From NCBI GenBank assembly GCA_030599585.1, contig JAUVNS010000001.1, positions 160,001 to 224,000 on the forward strand: a DNA stretch of 64,000 bases, read 5' to 3'. Shown here piece after piece: positions 51,055-60,160 of this stretch (its first letter is position 1; every line of letters begins with the position of its first letter). Origin of the DNA: Promethearchaeota archaeon. Its GTDB lineage: Archaea; Asgardarchaeota; Lokiarchaeia; Sigyniarchaeales; SOKP01. Position numbers and translations under genes: made by a program. A model generated the notes under the pieces. It was not told the origin of the DNA. It searched no databases and worked only from the letters and a program-made list of their open reading frames with translations.

Positions 51055-51142
51055 ATTTATTGGTAAAACTAACTGTCTTTATTCTATGTTGAATGTAATT
51101 AGATTAAAATATTGGAATTATCTACTTATGTACCGTAACAAA

Positions 51143-51736
51143 TCATCCGGTAATATTTACGAGTTCTACCCCCCTAATATCATAGTTTTTATCGATGAAA
51201 CAAAGAATCGCATGACCCTTGTGCATATATACAAGAGGTACGGGGTAAGATTCAGCGTTTTCTATAAAACTTTTTTTTACAATGATAGGAAGGACAGCAT
51301 TACATACCATGCATGGTACTTTAAGCTCTTTTACTGTGTCAAGTTCGTTAAAGCCCGCAATAATGGCTTCAATATTTTCATTAAATGGATTAAGCATTGC
51401 AGTAGAAAAATTGCCATAAGAGATGTATGACTCAACGTCATATTTCATATTAAACTCTATACTCACTTTTTCTATTAAAGCTTCAAGTAATTGAAATTGA
51501 ACTTTATTATTAGAACCTGCAGTGTATATCAAGTTATTTATTCGAATATGCACAATTTTCATGTTACCCTTGAAGATATGGAAAAAAATATTACTCGCAG
51601 GATTTTGTTTAACAATATTCAAGTCAAGTATAAAACTTTTATATGATCTTGGAGGTTTCCATTCAAAAATAGTAAATTTATCAGTACTGATGTTAATAAA
51701 CTCGAGATTTTGTAATATTTGAGAATATTCAACCAT
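51143..51736 (-). CDS. Longin-like domain + C-terminal CxxC/H-x2-H metal-binding domain
   Basis: Longin-like beta/alpha pattern (LIYTAGS...LLEALIEKVSIEF); CMVC...YPVPLVYMHKGHAILCFIDKNYDIRGVE. Confidence 0.6.
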   Translation of the reverse strand: MVEYSQILQNLEFINISTDKFTIFEWKPPRSYKSFILDLNIVKQNPASNIFFHIFKGNMKIVHIRINNLIYTAGSNNKVQFQLLEALIEKVSIEFNMKYDVESYISYGNFSTAMLNPFNENIEAIIAGFNELDTVKELKVPCMVCNAVLPIIVKKSFIENAESYPVPLVYMHKGHAILCFIDKNYDIRGVELVNITG

Positions 51737-51914
51737 TTATCTCTACGCTCTGGATTTTTTTGTGCTTTATGAAATTATTCAAATGTGTGAATCTTTCTGA
51801 TTTAATCTTGAAAGTACTAATTTTATAACTAATAAAAATAAATTAAATATTTATATATTACATGTTAATTCTGGTAAATATATTTGAGTTTTAAAAAACT
51901 AATTAGATGAAATT

Positions 51915-53609
51915 ATGAAAGATTATTCTACTTGGGAGCCTATATATAATTTTGAAACTGAGTCTCCTTATCTTGAAAATTTAAATCGTCCGTGGCTAAA
52001 ATTCAGAACTCCTAATATTCCTAAATCAATAAAATTTGATCCTATTCCAGTTCACGAGCTTATAGGATTATCTGCTAAGAATTTTCCAAATAATGTCTGT
52101 GTCTTTCACATATCAAAGAATAAAAACTACACTTTTCGCGAATTAACCTATATTTCAGATAAAATTTCCAATGCATTGTATAAGTTAGGTACAAAAAAAG
52201 GTGATGCAGTGGGTATCATGACAGGAAATTGCCCTGAATTTTTATTTTGTTGTCTTGGAATTATGAAAACTGGCGCTGTAGTCATCCCAATTAATCCATT
52301 ACTTAAGGAATCGGATGTATCTCATATTATCAAAGAAACTGGAGATGTAAAAACTGTTTTTGTTCACAAAAAAAATTTTAGAACAATGAAAAAAGCACAA
52401 AAAGATGTGAGGGTAGATAATATTATCCTTTTGGAAGCAGACATAGCCAAAGAAGGGACCATAACTTTAGAGGAGTTTATCGAAGGCGTGGCACCCATTC
52501 GACCAGATGTAGATATAAATCCCTCTATCGATCTTGCTGCTCTTCTATTTACAGGGGGGACTACGGGATTACCAAAAGGCGTGATGTTAACTCACACTAA
52601 TTTAGTTTCCTGCACGCTCTCAACCTTATTAATGGCTGGTGAACCAGAAGAGGGAGAAGATAATTTCGGTAAAACAGTAAATTTATCAATTATACCTTTG
52701 TGCCATTCTTTTGGATTCTTAGTAATGATTGCAGCAGTTTTCGGGGCAGCAATGATAGTAATGTTTCCTTCCTTTAACGCTTCTGAAGTTCTTAAAGCCA
52801 TTGAGCATTACAAAGTTACTAATTTTGTTGGAGTCCCAGTTATGTATCAAATGTTAATAAATAATCCAGATTTCACAGAACGAGATCTTTCCAGTCTTGA
52901 AGAAGCTAATTCCGGTTCAGCCGCCCTACCTCCAGAATTAGCTAAAAAATGGGAAGTAGTTGTTGGAATTAAAGTTGGTCAAGGCTTTGGTTTAACAGAA
53001 ACTTCACCTATTACTCACATGGCTGCTCAATGGATGCCAGAGATTCGTTCTGAGAGTATTGGCGTTCCGATAATCGATACCGACGCTAAGATTGTTAATT
53101 TTGAAACTTTAAAAGAACTAGAACCTAATGAAATTGGAGAGCTTTTAATAAAAGGCCCCCAAATAATGAAGGGGTATTGGAAAAGTCCAGAAGAAACAAA
53201 GAAATCGATTATTGATGGTTGGTTAAGAACAGGAGATCTAGCAAGGATGGATGAACAAGGCTATTTTTATATTGAAGGTCGCGCAAAGGACATAATTAAA
53301 TATAAAGGATATAAAGTAATGCCACGTGAGGTCGAAGAAAAATTATATGAACATCCAGCAATTCTCGAAGCTGGTGTTGTATCGGCACCAGATCCAAACA
53401 TTGGAGAAACCATCAAAGCATTTGTAGTTTTAAAACCAAAATTTAAGGATAGTGGTATAACTGAGAGGGAAATTATTGAATGGGCAAAAGAAAGATTAGC
53501 AGGTTATAAATACCCCCGTCAAATAGAATTTATAAATATATTGCCTAGAACTTCAGTAGGTAAAATATTTAGGAGAAAACTAAGAGAAAGAACAGCAAAA
53601 GAGCAATGA
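51915..53609 (+). CDS. Long-chain fatty-acid--CoA ligase
   Basis: FTGGTTGLPKG, GFGLTETSP, GPQIMKGYW, RTGDL, GKIFRR. Confidence 0.93.
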   Translation: MKDYSTWEPIYNFETESPYLENLNRPWLKFRTPNIPKSIKFDPIPVHELIGLSAKNFPNNVCVFHISKNKNYTFRELTYISDKISNALYKLGTKKGDAVGIMTGNCPEFLFCCLGIMKTGAVVIPINPLLKESDVSHIIKETGDVKTVFVHKKNFRTMKKAQKDVRVDNIILLEADIAKEGTITLEEFIEGVAPIRPDVDINPSIDLAALLFTGGTTGLPKGVMLTHTNLVSCTLSTLLMAGEPEEGEDNFGKTVNLSIIPLCHSFGFLVMIAAVFGAAMIVMFPSFNASEVLKAIEHYKVTNFVGVPVMYQMLINNPDFTERDLSSLEEANSGSAALPPELAKKWEVVVGIKVGQGFGLTETSPITHMAAQWMPEIRSESIGVPIIDTDAKIVNFETLKELEPNEIGELLIKGPQIMKGYWKSPEETKKSIIDGWLRTGDLARMDEQGYFYIEGRAKDIIKYKGYKVMPREVEEKLYEHPAILEAGVVSAPDPNIGETIKAFVVLKPKFKDSGITEREIIEWAKERLAGYKYPRQIEFINILPRTSVGKIFRRKLRERTAKEQ

Positions 53610-53697
53610 AATTAGTTTAGTTTTTTTACATGAAACTTAATTTATAATTTATATATATGCCTACCTTATTTTATTGAACTATATATAATTTTTTAAT

Positions 53698-55125
53698 GTG
53701 AATAACATGAATAAAGAAGAGATATGTTTTATGTCTGCAATCGACATGTTCGAGGCGATAAGAAGGCAGGAACTAACTTCAGTAGAAATAACGGAAACAA
53801 TTATTGAAAGAATTGAAAAAATCAATCCAATTACAAACGCTTATTGCACAACAACATTCGATTTAGCTCGAAAGATGGCAAGAGAAGCAGATGATAAAGT
53901 TAAAAAAGGAGAAAAATTGGGATTATTAAACGGTATCCCGACATCAATTAAAGATTTAAATCCTGTAAAGGGAATTAGAACTACGTATGGCTCTAAAATT
54001 TATGAAAATCATATTCCGGATTATGATGACATCGCTGTTCAAAGATTAAAAAAAGAAGGATGCGTCATCTTAGGAAAAACTAATACACCAGAATTTGGTT
54101 TCAAGGGAGTAACAGATAATTTAATTTTTGGGCATAGCCGCAACCCATGGAATTTAGACGTCACAACGGCAGGATCTAGTGGTGGAGCAGCTTCAGCAGT
54201 TGTTTCAGGATTAGGTCCTTTAGCGCAAGGTTCAGATGGGGGTGGCTCAATAAGACATCCTGCAAGTTTTTGTGGTGCATATGGTCTTAAACCAAGTTTT
54301 GGAAGGGTACCTCGATATCCCAAGCTATATCCGATGGCTTTGGATATAGCAGTCATCGGTCCGATTGTTCGCCATGTTAAAGACGCAGCATTGATGTTAG
54401 ATTCAATGAAAGGTCCATTCGAAGGTGATAAAACCTCATTACCCAAAGATGGATTTAGATACATCGATAAAATCGGTGAAGTTCCTGAAAAAATAAAAAT
54501 TGGTTACTCGTTAGATTTAGGGTACGCAAAAGTAGTAGACGATGAGGTAGAGAAGAGTATTTTAAATTCTGTAGAACTTTTTGAGAATTTTAGTTGGGAT
54601 GTCGAACCAGTTAAAATGAAACTGCGTAAAGCTCCACTTTCATTTAACACGATCTGGACTTCAGCGTTAGGGTACAATCTAAAACCGTATTTAAAAGAAT
54701 GGGAAGATAAAATGGACCCCGATTTAGTAAAATTAATTAAAGCAGGTTTGGGTTACGATGGAATGTCGCTACCAAGAGCGTTAGCCATTCGCGCCCAAGT
54801 ATATGCAACAATTTACAAGGTCTTCAAAGATTACGATATTTTGATAACTCCATCTACTGCCGTTCCCGCTTTTAAGTTGGGGGTTATGTTTCCTTCGCAG
54901 ATAAATGGACTTAATGTATCACCAACTGCTTGGATGGCGTTTACGTTCCCATTTAATATGACAGGTCACCCCGCAGCTTCTATTCCATGTGGTTGGACTA
55001 ATGACGGTTTACCTATCGGGATGCAAATTGTTGGGAAAAGATTCGATGAACTCACTGTCTTACAAGTTTCTAAAGCGTTCGAAGAAGTAGCTCCTTGGCA
55101 AGATAAAAGACCAAATTTTAGTTAA
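53698..55125 (+). CDS. Amidase-signature family amidase
   Basis: KD catalytic Lys, GKTNTPEFG, GSSGGAASA, GSDGGGSIRHPA. Confidence 0.93.
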   Translation: MNNMNKEEICFMSAIDMFEAIRRQELTSVEITETIIERIEKINPITNAYCTTTFDLARKMAREADDKVKKGEKLGLLNGIPTSIKDLNPVKGIRTTYGSKIYENHIPDYDDIAVQRLKKEGCVILGKTNTPEFGFKGVTDNLIFGHSRNPWNLDVTTAGSSGGAASAVVSGLGPLAQGSDGGGSIRHPASFCGAYGLKPSFGRVPRYPKLYPMALDIAVIGPIVRHVKDAALMLDSMKGPFEGDKTSLPKDGFRYIDKIGEVPEKIKIGYSLDLGYAKVVDDEVEKSILNSVELFENFSWDVEPVKMKLRKAPLSFNTIWTSALGYNLKPYLKEWEDKMDPDLVKLIKAGLGYDGMSLPRALAIRAQVYATIYKVFKDYDILITPSTAVPAFKLGVMFPSQINGLNVSPTAWMAFTFPFNMTGHPAASIPCGWTNDGLPIGMQIVGKRFDELTVLQVSKAFEEVAPWQDKRPNFS

Positions 55126-55185
55126 TTCTTCCTAATCACTTTTTTTTTTATTACTCTAAACCAAAATTTTTTACTACTAGTTAAT

Positions 55186-56067
55186 TTGCTAATCATGGAT
55201 AATAGGAATTTTAACGAAAACAAAATGAATAAGAAACAACAGAAAAAAGAACTATCGAGTTTTAGAAGGAGTCAATTAGCGCCTGAATATACTAATTTAG
55301 AGTTTTCAGTAATACTGAATAAACCGGAACATGCAGCAAACATTGGTGCAATAGCTAGACTAATGAAAAATTTCAATTTCGAGCACTTGATTATCTATAA
55401 TCCAAATGAAAAAGCAGAAAAAATTCGAAGTTACCATACGCAAGGTTTTGCAATGCACGGTAAGGAAATTCTCTTTAACGCAGAAATTATAACGATTGAA
55501 AACCAAATTGACCACCTATCTGGCTTTAAAGAATTGATGAATAGATTCGATATAAAATTTGCTACGACGGCCAAAGGAATGCATTATACGAATATAAGAA
55601 GATTGGCTACTTTCCCGGCAGAATTAACAATCCCTGTATCAGAAGAACCACTTAAAATTGCCTTAATTTTTGGAAGAGAATCTCACGGTCTTACGAATGA
55701 CGAAATCGAGATGACTGATCTAGTCTTAAGGATACCATCTAGCGAGGAGTACCCTACACTAAATCTATCTCAAGCTTGTGGAATTATTTTATATGAGTTA
55801 TATAAAAAAATACACAATCTAGAAATTGGAAGAGGTCCCAAACCAGTTTTACTTGCAAATAAAAACGATAAGCAAATGTTTTACAATTTAATTAAAAATT
55901 TAATTACTAATATTAGAATTCGCACTTATAGGGAAGAAAATGTATTTTTCGCCTTTAAAAATGTATTTGAGAGAGCTTTCGTATCTAAAAAAGAATTAAA
56001 CCTTATTATTGGGGTATTTTCAAAGTTGAATTCGTATTTAAAAAAAAGAGATAAGTATGAAGACTAA
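55186..56067 (+). CDS. trmJ: SPOUT RNA methyltransferase, TrmJ/LasT family
   Basis: PEHAANIGAIARLMKNF, FGRESHGLTNDE, YPTLNLSQA. Confidence 0.88.
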   Translation: MLIMDNRNFNENKMNKKQQKKELSSFRRSQLAPEYTNLEFSVILNKPEHAANIGAIARLMKNFNFEHLIIYNPNEKAEKIRSYHTQGFAMHGKEILFNAEIITIENQIDHLSGFKELMNRFDIKFATTAKGMHYTNIRRLATFPAELTIPVSEEPLKIALIFGRESHGLTNDEIEMTDLVLRIPSSEEYPTLNLSQACGIILYELYKKIHNLEIGRGPKPVLLANKNDKQMFYNLIKNLITNIRIRTYREENVFFAFKNVFERAFVSKKELNLIIGVFSKLNSYLKKRDKYED

Positions 56068-56086
56068 ATGTAAGAGTTTAATCGCT

Positions 56087-56305
56087 TCAGGTAGCTTGAT
56101 AATATCTAGGTTTGCGACTATATACAACTATTAGTTTATCAGGTGTTTCGTTAACAATTCTTCTAATCACTTTAGCCAAAGCATTATGAGTTTCGTATCC
56201 CATCGCACTAGCCCATTCACTGGCAGTAGATTTGCCTAATTCCTTCAATTTGTCTAAACACATTTGTTCATACGTCCTTGAAATTACTTTTTTTGCTTTT
56301 AACAT
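56087..56305 (-). CDS. Small stand-alone winged-helix protein (72 aa)
   Basis: LDKLKELGKSTASEWASAMGY...LAKVIRRI + wing RKPRYY; GGAGG SD upstream. Confidence 0.75.
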   Translation of the reverse strand: MLKAKKVISRTYEQMCLDKLKELGKSTASEWASAMGYETHNALAKVIRRIVNETPDKLIVVYSRKPRYYQAT

Positions 56306-56803
56306 TAATATCTACCTCCCATTCCGTTTTTTTATTATTTAAACATAAATTTTTTATAAATTCATATTAGTAATGAATGTTTCATAGAAAATTGCTACTT
56401 TCACCGCACCTAACTGTAAGAACAGTGGCTTTCAATTCCAAGTTTTATTCTGATAATTTCTCCTAGTATTCTAATAAATTCTATCCTAAAAAAAAATTAG
56501 ATGAGAGGCTATTTAAACCATGATGTCAGACATTTGTAAACGAATACATATAAAATGTATAAGGATTCAAATTTATCCGTTGTACAAACCAAAAACATAG
56601 CTTACAAAATAACTAACAAAAATAGAGTTTACTTGACAAAAACGTATTTTAAATAAGTAAAAAACGATAAGGGAAATAAAGTTGATAAGCTTTAAATTAA
56701 ATATTAAAGAATCTTGAATCTAGTTATATTTTTGGGATTAGGAGTGCACCACTAATAAGATTTTATTTCATAATTTTTACTCATTTATATATATCTTCAT
56801 AAT

Positions 56804-56925
56804 TGGGAATGCTTTCCCATTATAAAAAGCGAGATTTTTATGATTTAGTAATTAATGCGTTAACATTAATGAAAAAAATTATGGTTTACGGTAAACCACA
56901 TAAGTGAAAAGATTTAAATAAATCT
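56804..56925. promoter_or_regulatory. Row of four unrelated short palindromes (operators or hairpins)
   Basis: TGGGAA-4-TTCCCA (56804), ATTAATG-6-CATTAAT (56851), TGGTTTAC-G-GTAAACCA (56882), AGATTTA-AA-TAAATCT (56910). Confidence 0.4.
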
Positions 56926-56999
56926 CAAGAGTTTGTTATTGTAGATAGACCTAATGTAAGAAAATTTAAGTAATATAGGGAAAAAATATAGTCAAAAAA

Positions 57000-57114
57000 G
57001 ACTCCTGCGCCACCCTGGATTTTTGTCTTTTGGTAACGCGAAATTTTCGCGTAATTCGCCATTCTTACCCTATATTAATTCGGACCTTATTTTTAGGTCT
57101 TGGCGACAGGAGTC
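57000..57114. ncRNA. Candidate structured non-coding RNA domain (unassigned family)
   Basis: Closing helix GACTCCTG-CGCCA / TGGCG-A-CAGGAGTC; inner hairpins ACGCGAA/TTCGCGT and GACCT/AGGTC; GC-rich island in AT-rich gap; U6 tract follows on minus strand. Confidence 0.55.
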
Positions 57115-57382
57115 AACCTTTCTAAATGAAATAGGTATATTAGTAAAAGCTCAATTTATGATTAAATTTCTGCTACATAAAATCTTTTTTCACCAAGAAA
57201 TAGACTTGTGAATCATTCTATTATCCATTAAATGGACCTATTCACTTGTTTTAGTTAACTTAAACCTTATTACATAAAACATGTATTCCATCAATATTCT
57301 ACGGTAATGTTATCCACAAAATGTGAGCTTACCTTTAAAATAAAAAGATATATATACGCTATTATGGTATTTTTAATTAACC

Positions 57383-57847
57383 ATGTCTCAATCGTATAAA
57401 GATTTTTTAGATAAATACAAAATCGACGATTTTAAAACGAGTTTAAAGCTTACGGGACGCACAAAAGTAGATTTTTACAACGATATCGATAAACTATTAA
57501 AAAGTATGAGTACAATATTCGACAAACTGGCAACAATTGCTCCTATGAGGGGTGCCCATGTATTAATGGCAATAGCAAAACTAACAGGACCAGATAAAGT
57601 AGTAAACAAAACGGATGTTATAAGGTGCTTACATATTGAAAGATTAGAGAAGATTAAATCTGCAATTGATTATTTAGAAAAAGCGAAGTATATTACGATT
57701 GAGAAGAAAACAGAAAAATTCCACATTATAAAGTTAAACGAAGGAGATAACCCCGATTTAGCAGTCTTTAGAGAAATCGTTCAGAAATATTGGAAATCCC
57801 CTCGAGAAGAAGTAGAACAAGCTAAGAAATGGAGCCAAGAAGGATGA
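57383..57847 (+). CDS. Winged-helix domain protein
   Basis: HVLMAIAKL...VNKTDVIRCL...IKSAIDYLEKAKYITIEKK wHTH pattern. Confidence 0.7.
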   Translation: MSQSYKDFLDKYKIDDFKTSLKLTGRTKVDFYNDIDKLLKSMSTIFDKLATIAPMRGAHVLMAIAKLTGPDKVVNKTDVIRCLHIERLEKIKSAIDYLEKAKYITIEKKTEKFHIIKLNEGDNPDLAVFREIVQKYWKSPREEVEQAKKWSQEG

Positions 57848-58845
57848 GAAATTCTCTGAAAAGCGTAGTAGAACTCAAGTTTGAAGATGAACAGAGTTTA
57901 GAAGATTCTGTTAAGATTATAAGATCAGAGTACATTAAAAAAGCGATAAAATCACTAATGTATATCGCTATCGTTTTATCTGTAGCACTAACCTATTTAT
58001 TGTATGGTTATTTACCGTATATCGAAAGCAATTTTTTCACTAACTTATTAGCTACTGAGAGTTTTAGTCCAGGAGGAAACGGTTTTCCTTTGAATTTAAC
58101 TTTAAGTTGGACGCTTTTTAGTACATGTATTTTCTTAATAGTGTATTTTTTTCGATCAAGTCAAAATAAATTTACACCCTCTTTAATTAAATATATCGAA
58201 CAAGAAACCAAATATGCTGGATTTGAATTCATAAAGAAGATTGAGAGCGTTGGATTATTTATGGTTTTGACAGCGGTCTCTATCGCAATTTTCTTCTATA
58301 TAGATCTTAGGTTTATTCAATTTAATAACACTTTCTGGAGTATTTTCTTTCAACATTCATTTTTCTTCTATTTATTAGTAAGTTTAGTTCTCCCAATCGT
58401 TTTCATATATAGAAACGATAAATTTGCTATAAAAATAAAGGATAATGTTTTCGTTCTTTGTAATCTGCATTATAATCTTCGGAAAAATAAGAATTACGAT
58501 CCTAGTTTATTAGGAATAATTCTCACATCAAATCGCTTGTGTTCTAAGTTTGATAAATCAGGAAAATATGTCTATTCTAAAATTTCAGAAGATAGATGGC
58601 TACTTCGTAACGAACCTTCTACTATGTCGCCATTTCTTCATTTTGAGGAGTTTTCCGTCCCATTTAACTTCCAAAAACAATTTTTAAACATTGTTTTAGC
58701 TCTTAATGAGTGGGAAAATAATTATGTTTCAAACCTCGCTTCAATGAATTACTACCTTTCAAACTCTTTTCCAAGTTATAAATACGAGATGAAGAAAAGC
58801 GACAAATCAGACCAACTTATCTATTTGAAGTTTTTAAATCACTAA
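57829..58845 (+). CDS. Membrane protein (4 TM) with C-terminal soluble domain
   Basis: Four hydrophobic segments; overlaps upstream wHTH gene. Confidence 0.7.
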   Translation: MEPRRMRNSLKSVVELKFEDEQSLEDSVKIIRSEYIKKAIKSLMYIAIVLSVALTYLLYGYLPYIESNFFTNLLATESFSPGGNGFPLNLTLSWTLFSTCIFLIVYFFRSSQNKFTPSLIKYIEQETKYAGFEFIKKIESVGLFMVLTAVSIAIFFYIDLRFIQFNNTFWSIFFQHSFFFYLLVSLVLPIVFIYRNDKFAIKIKDNVFVLCNLHYNLRKNKNYDPSLLGIILTSNRLCSKFDKSGKYVYSKISEDRWLLRNEPSTMSPFLHFEEFSVPFNFQKQFLNIVLALNEWENNYVSNLASMNYYLSNSFPSYKYEMKKSDKSDQLIYLKFLNH

Positions 58846-59053
58846 CACTATTTTTTCTGTAAAGAATTATACAATAAGTCTAGGGATTAGTAAGATTCGA
58901 CTTAATATCTAAATATTTTAGAGGACTTAACATTTACATTAAAGATGGTTAATAAGAATGACCGATGAGACGCAGAAAAGATTAGAATGTTGCTGTATTA
59001 TAGTATTAGTAATTTTAATGATAATTTTTGGTATAATAACGAACCTGTCATCA

Positions 59054-60043
59054 TCATCCTATTAAAATATAAGTAGATAAAATTTCGATAAATATCAAGA
59101 TTATGATAAAAATAGTCGCTCCTGATATAAAATAATAGGGGCGCCCTTTCTCTTCTTGTGGAATTACTTCTCGGACTATTATATAGAGAATTATACCCGA
59201 AATAAAAGCGAAACATTGAAATATAACAAATGAGGATAATGGGTAAATAATTTCGAGGACTAAGCCTACTACAACGCCGGTTAAGACGGAAGTGATTGAT
59301 AATATTTTTATAAAATTATGTTCTTCGATTTTTGTATGAATGTTAATATCGAAGATTTTTATATGTCTGTTTGAGGTATTCGAAATTGTTGCTTTCAAAA
59401 TAGCAAAAAATGAGAATAATATCCCTGAAAATAAATCTTCTTTAAGCAAGTTAAATATAATTAATCCAACAATGATATGATAGAAATAGTTAATCACAAT
59501 ATGAACTCTCTCTAAATCCTTATTCAAATTCGATTCAAGTTCCATTTTAATCTCTTTTTCATGCTCCTTGAGTTCTTTATCTTTCTCGTTTAAACCTGTT
59601 ATATTTTCAGCTAATTTTCTTACTGTGATTTTGTCCCATTTTTCTCTATCGAGTTCTACATTTAATTTACGCTCTGTTATCTTTCCTTCAATCTCTAACT
59701 GCTTTTTTTTTATTACTAAATCTTTAATTATTGTTCTGCATTGATTTCCAACGCGTTTTAGAATCATTTTTTCACTTAAGTGTATAAAACAAAAACCAAC
59801 AAAGATAGCAGAATAAGTAAAAATTTCTTGATTATAATGAGATAATTCTTGAAATATCTCTGGTAACAGTTTTAAGAAAAAATATGCTATTGAAAATCCC
59901 GCAATTATGGAAACTTGCTTTTCTTTTGATTTAGGTCCTTTACATTCAAAACAGTACTTTTCGTGATAAAATTCGGTTAAAAGGAATAGGACACCAATGA
60001 CTAGTCCTAAAACTAAGGCGATAACTATATTTACTTCTGACAT
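59054..60043 (-). CDS. ZIP-like metal transporter with inserted cytoplasmic coiled coil
   Basis: AGFSIAYFFLKLLPE, GFCFIHLSEK, FISGIILYIIVREVIP; ~75-aa E/K-rich insert. Confidence 0.65.
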   Translation of the reverse strand: MSEVNIVIALVLGLVIGVLFLLTEFYHEKYCFECKGPKSKEKQVSIIAGFSIAYFFLKLLPEIFQELSHYNQEIFTYSAIFVGFCFIHLSEKMILKRVGNQCRTIIKDLVIKKKQLEIEGKITERKLNVELDREKWDKITVRKLAENITGLNEKDKELKEHEKEIKMELESNLNKDLERVHIVINYFYHIIVGLIIFNLLKEDLFSGILFSFFAILKATISNTSNRHIKIFDINIHTKIEEHNFIKILSITSVLTGVVVGLVLEIIYPLSSFVIFQCFAFISGIILYIIVREVIPQEEKGRPYYFISGATIFIIILIFIEILSTYILIG

Positions 60044-60160
60044 CTTAAGATTTTAGGAACCAACGCCTCAATATAAGTTTGATTTTTATAAATCATTAAA
60101 ATGTTAACTCGAAAGGAAAGTGTGAATTTTAGGAAGAATTAGAGTAAAAAAAAGATTATA

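Noticed and set aside
53698-55125. Amidase as GatA
   Set aside because: Lacks GatA-specific motifs and has no gatB/gatC neighbours
56971-57114. HDV-like ribozyme reading (P1/P2 crossing order, GGCGA before last strand)
   Set aside because: No short P3/L3/P1.1 core and the spacing is far too long; kept only as an unassigned structure
57000-57114. tRNA-like start on minus strand (ACTCCTG-TC-GCCAAG)
   Set aside because: No T-loop TTCRAATC, no anticodon arm and no convincing BHB intron
57023-57211. 62-aa ORF
   Set aside because: TTG start without SD, no protein-like features, overlaps the structured element
57310-57318. Perfect bacterial DnaA box TTATCCACA
   Set aside because: Single copy in an AT-rich archaeal sequence, with no box cluster and no dnaA; compatible with chance
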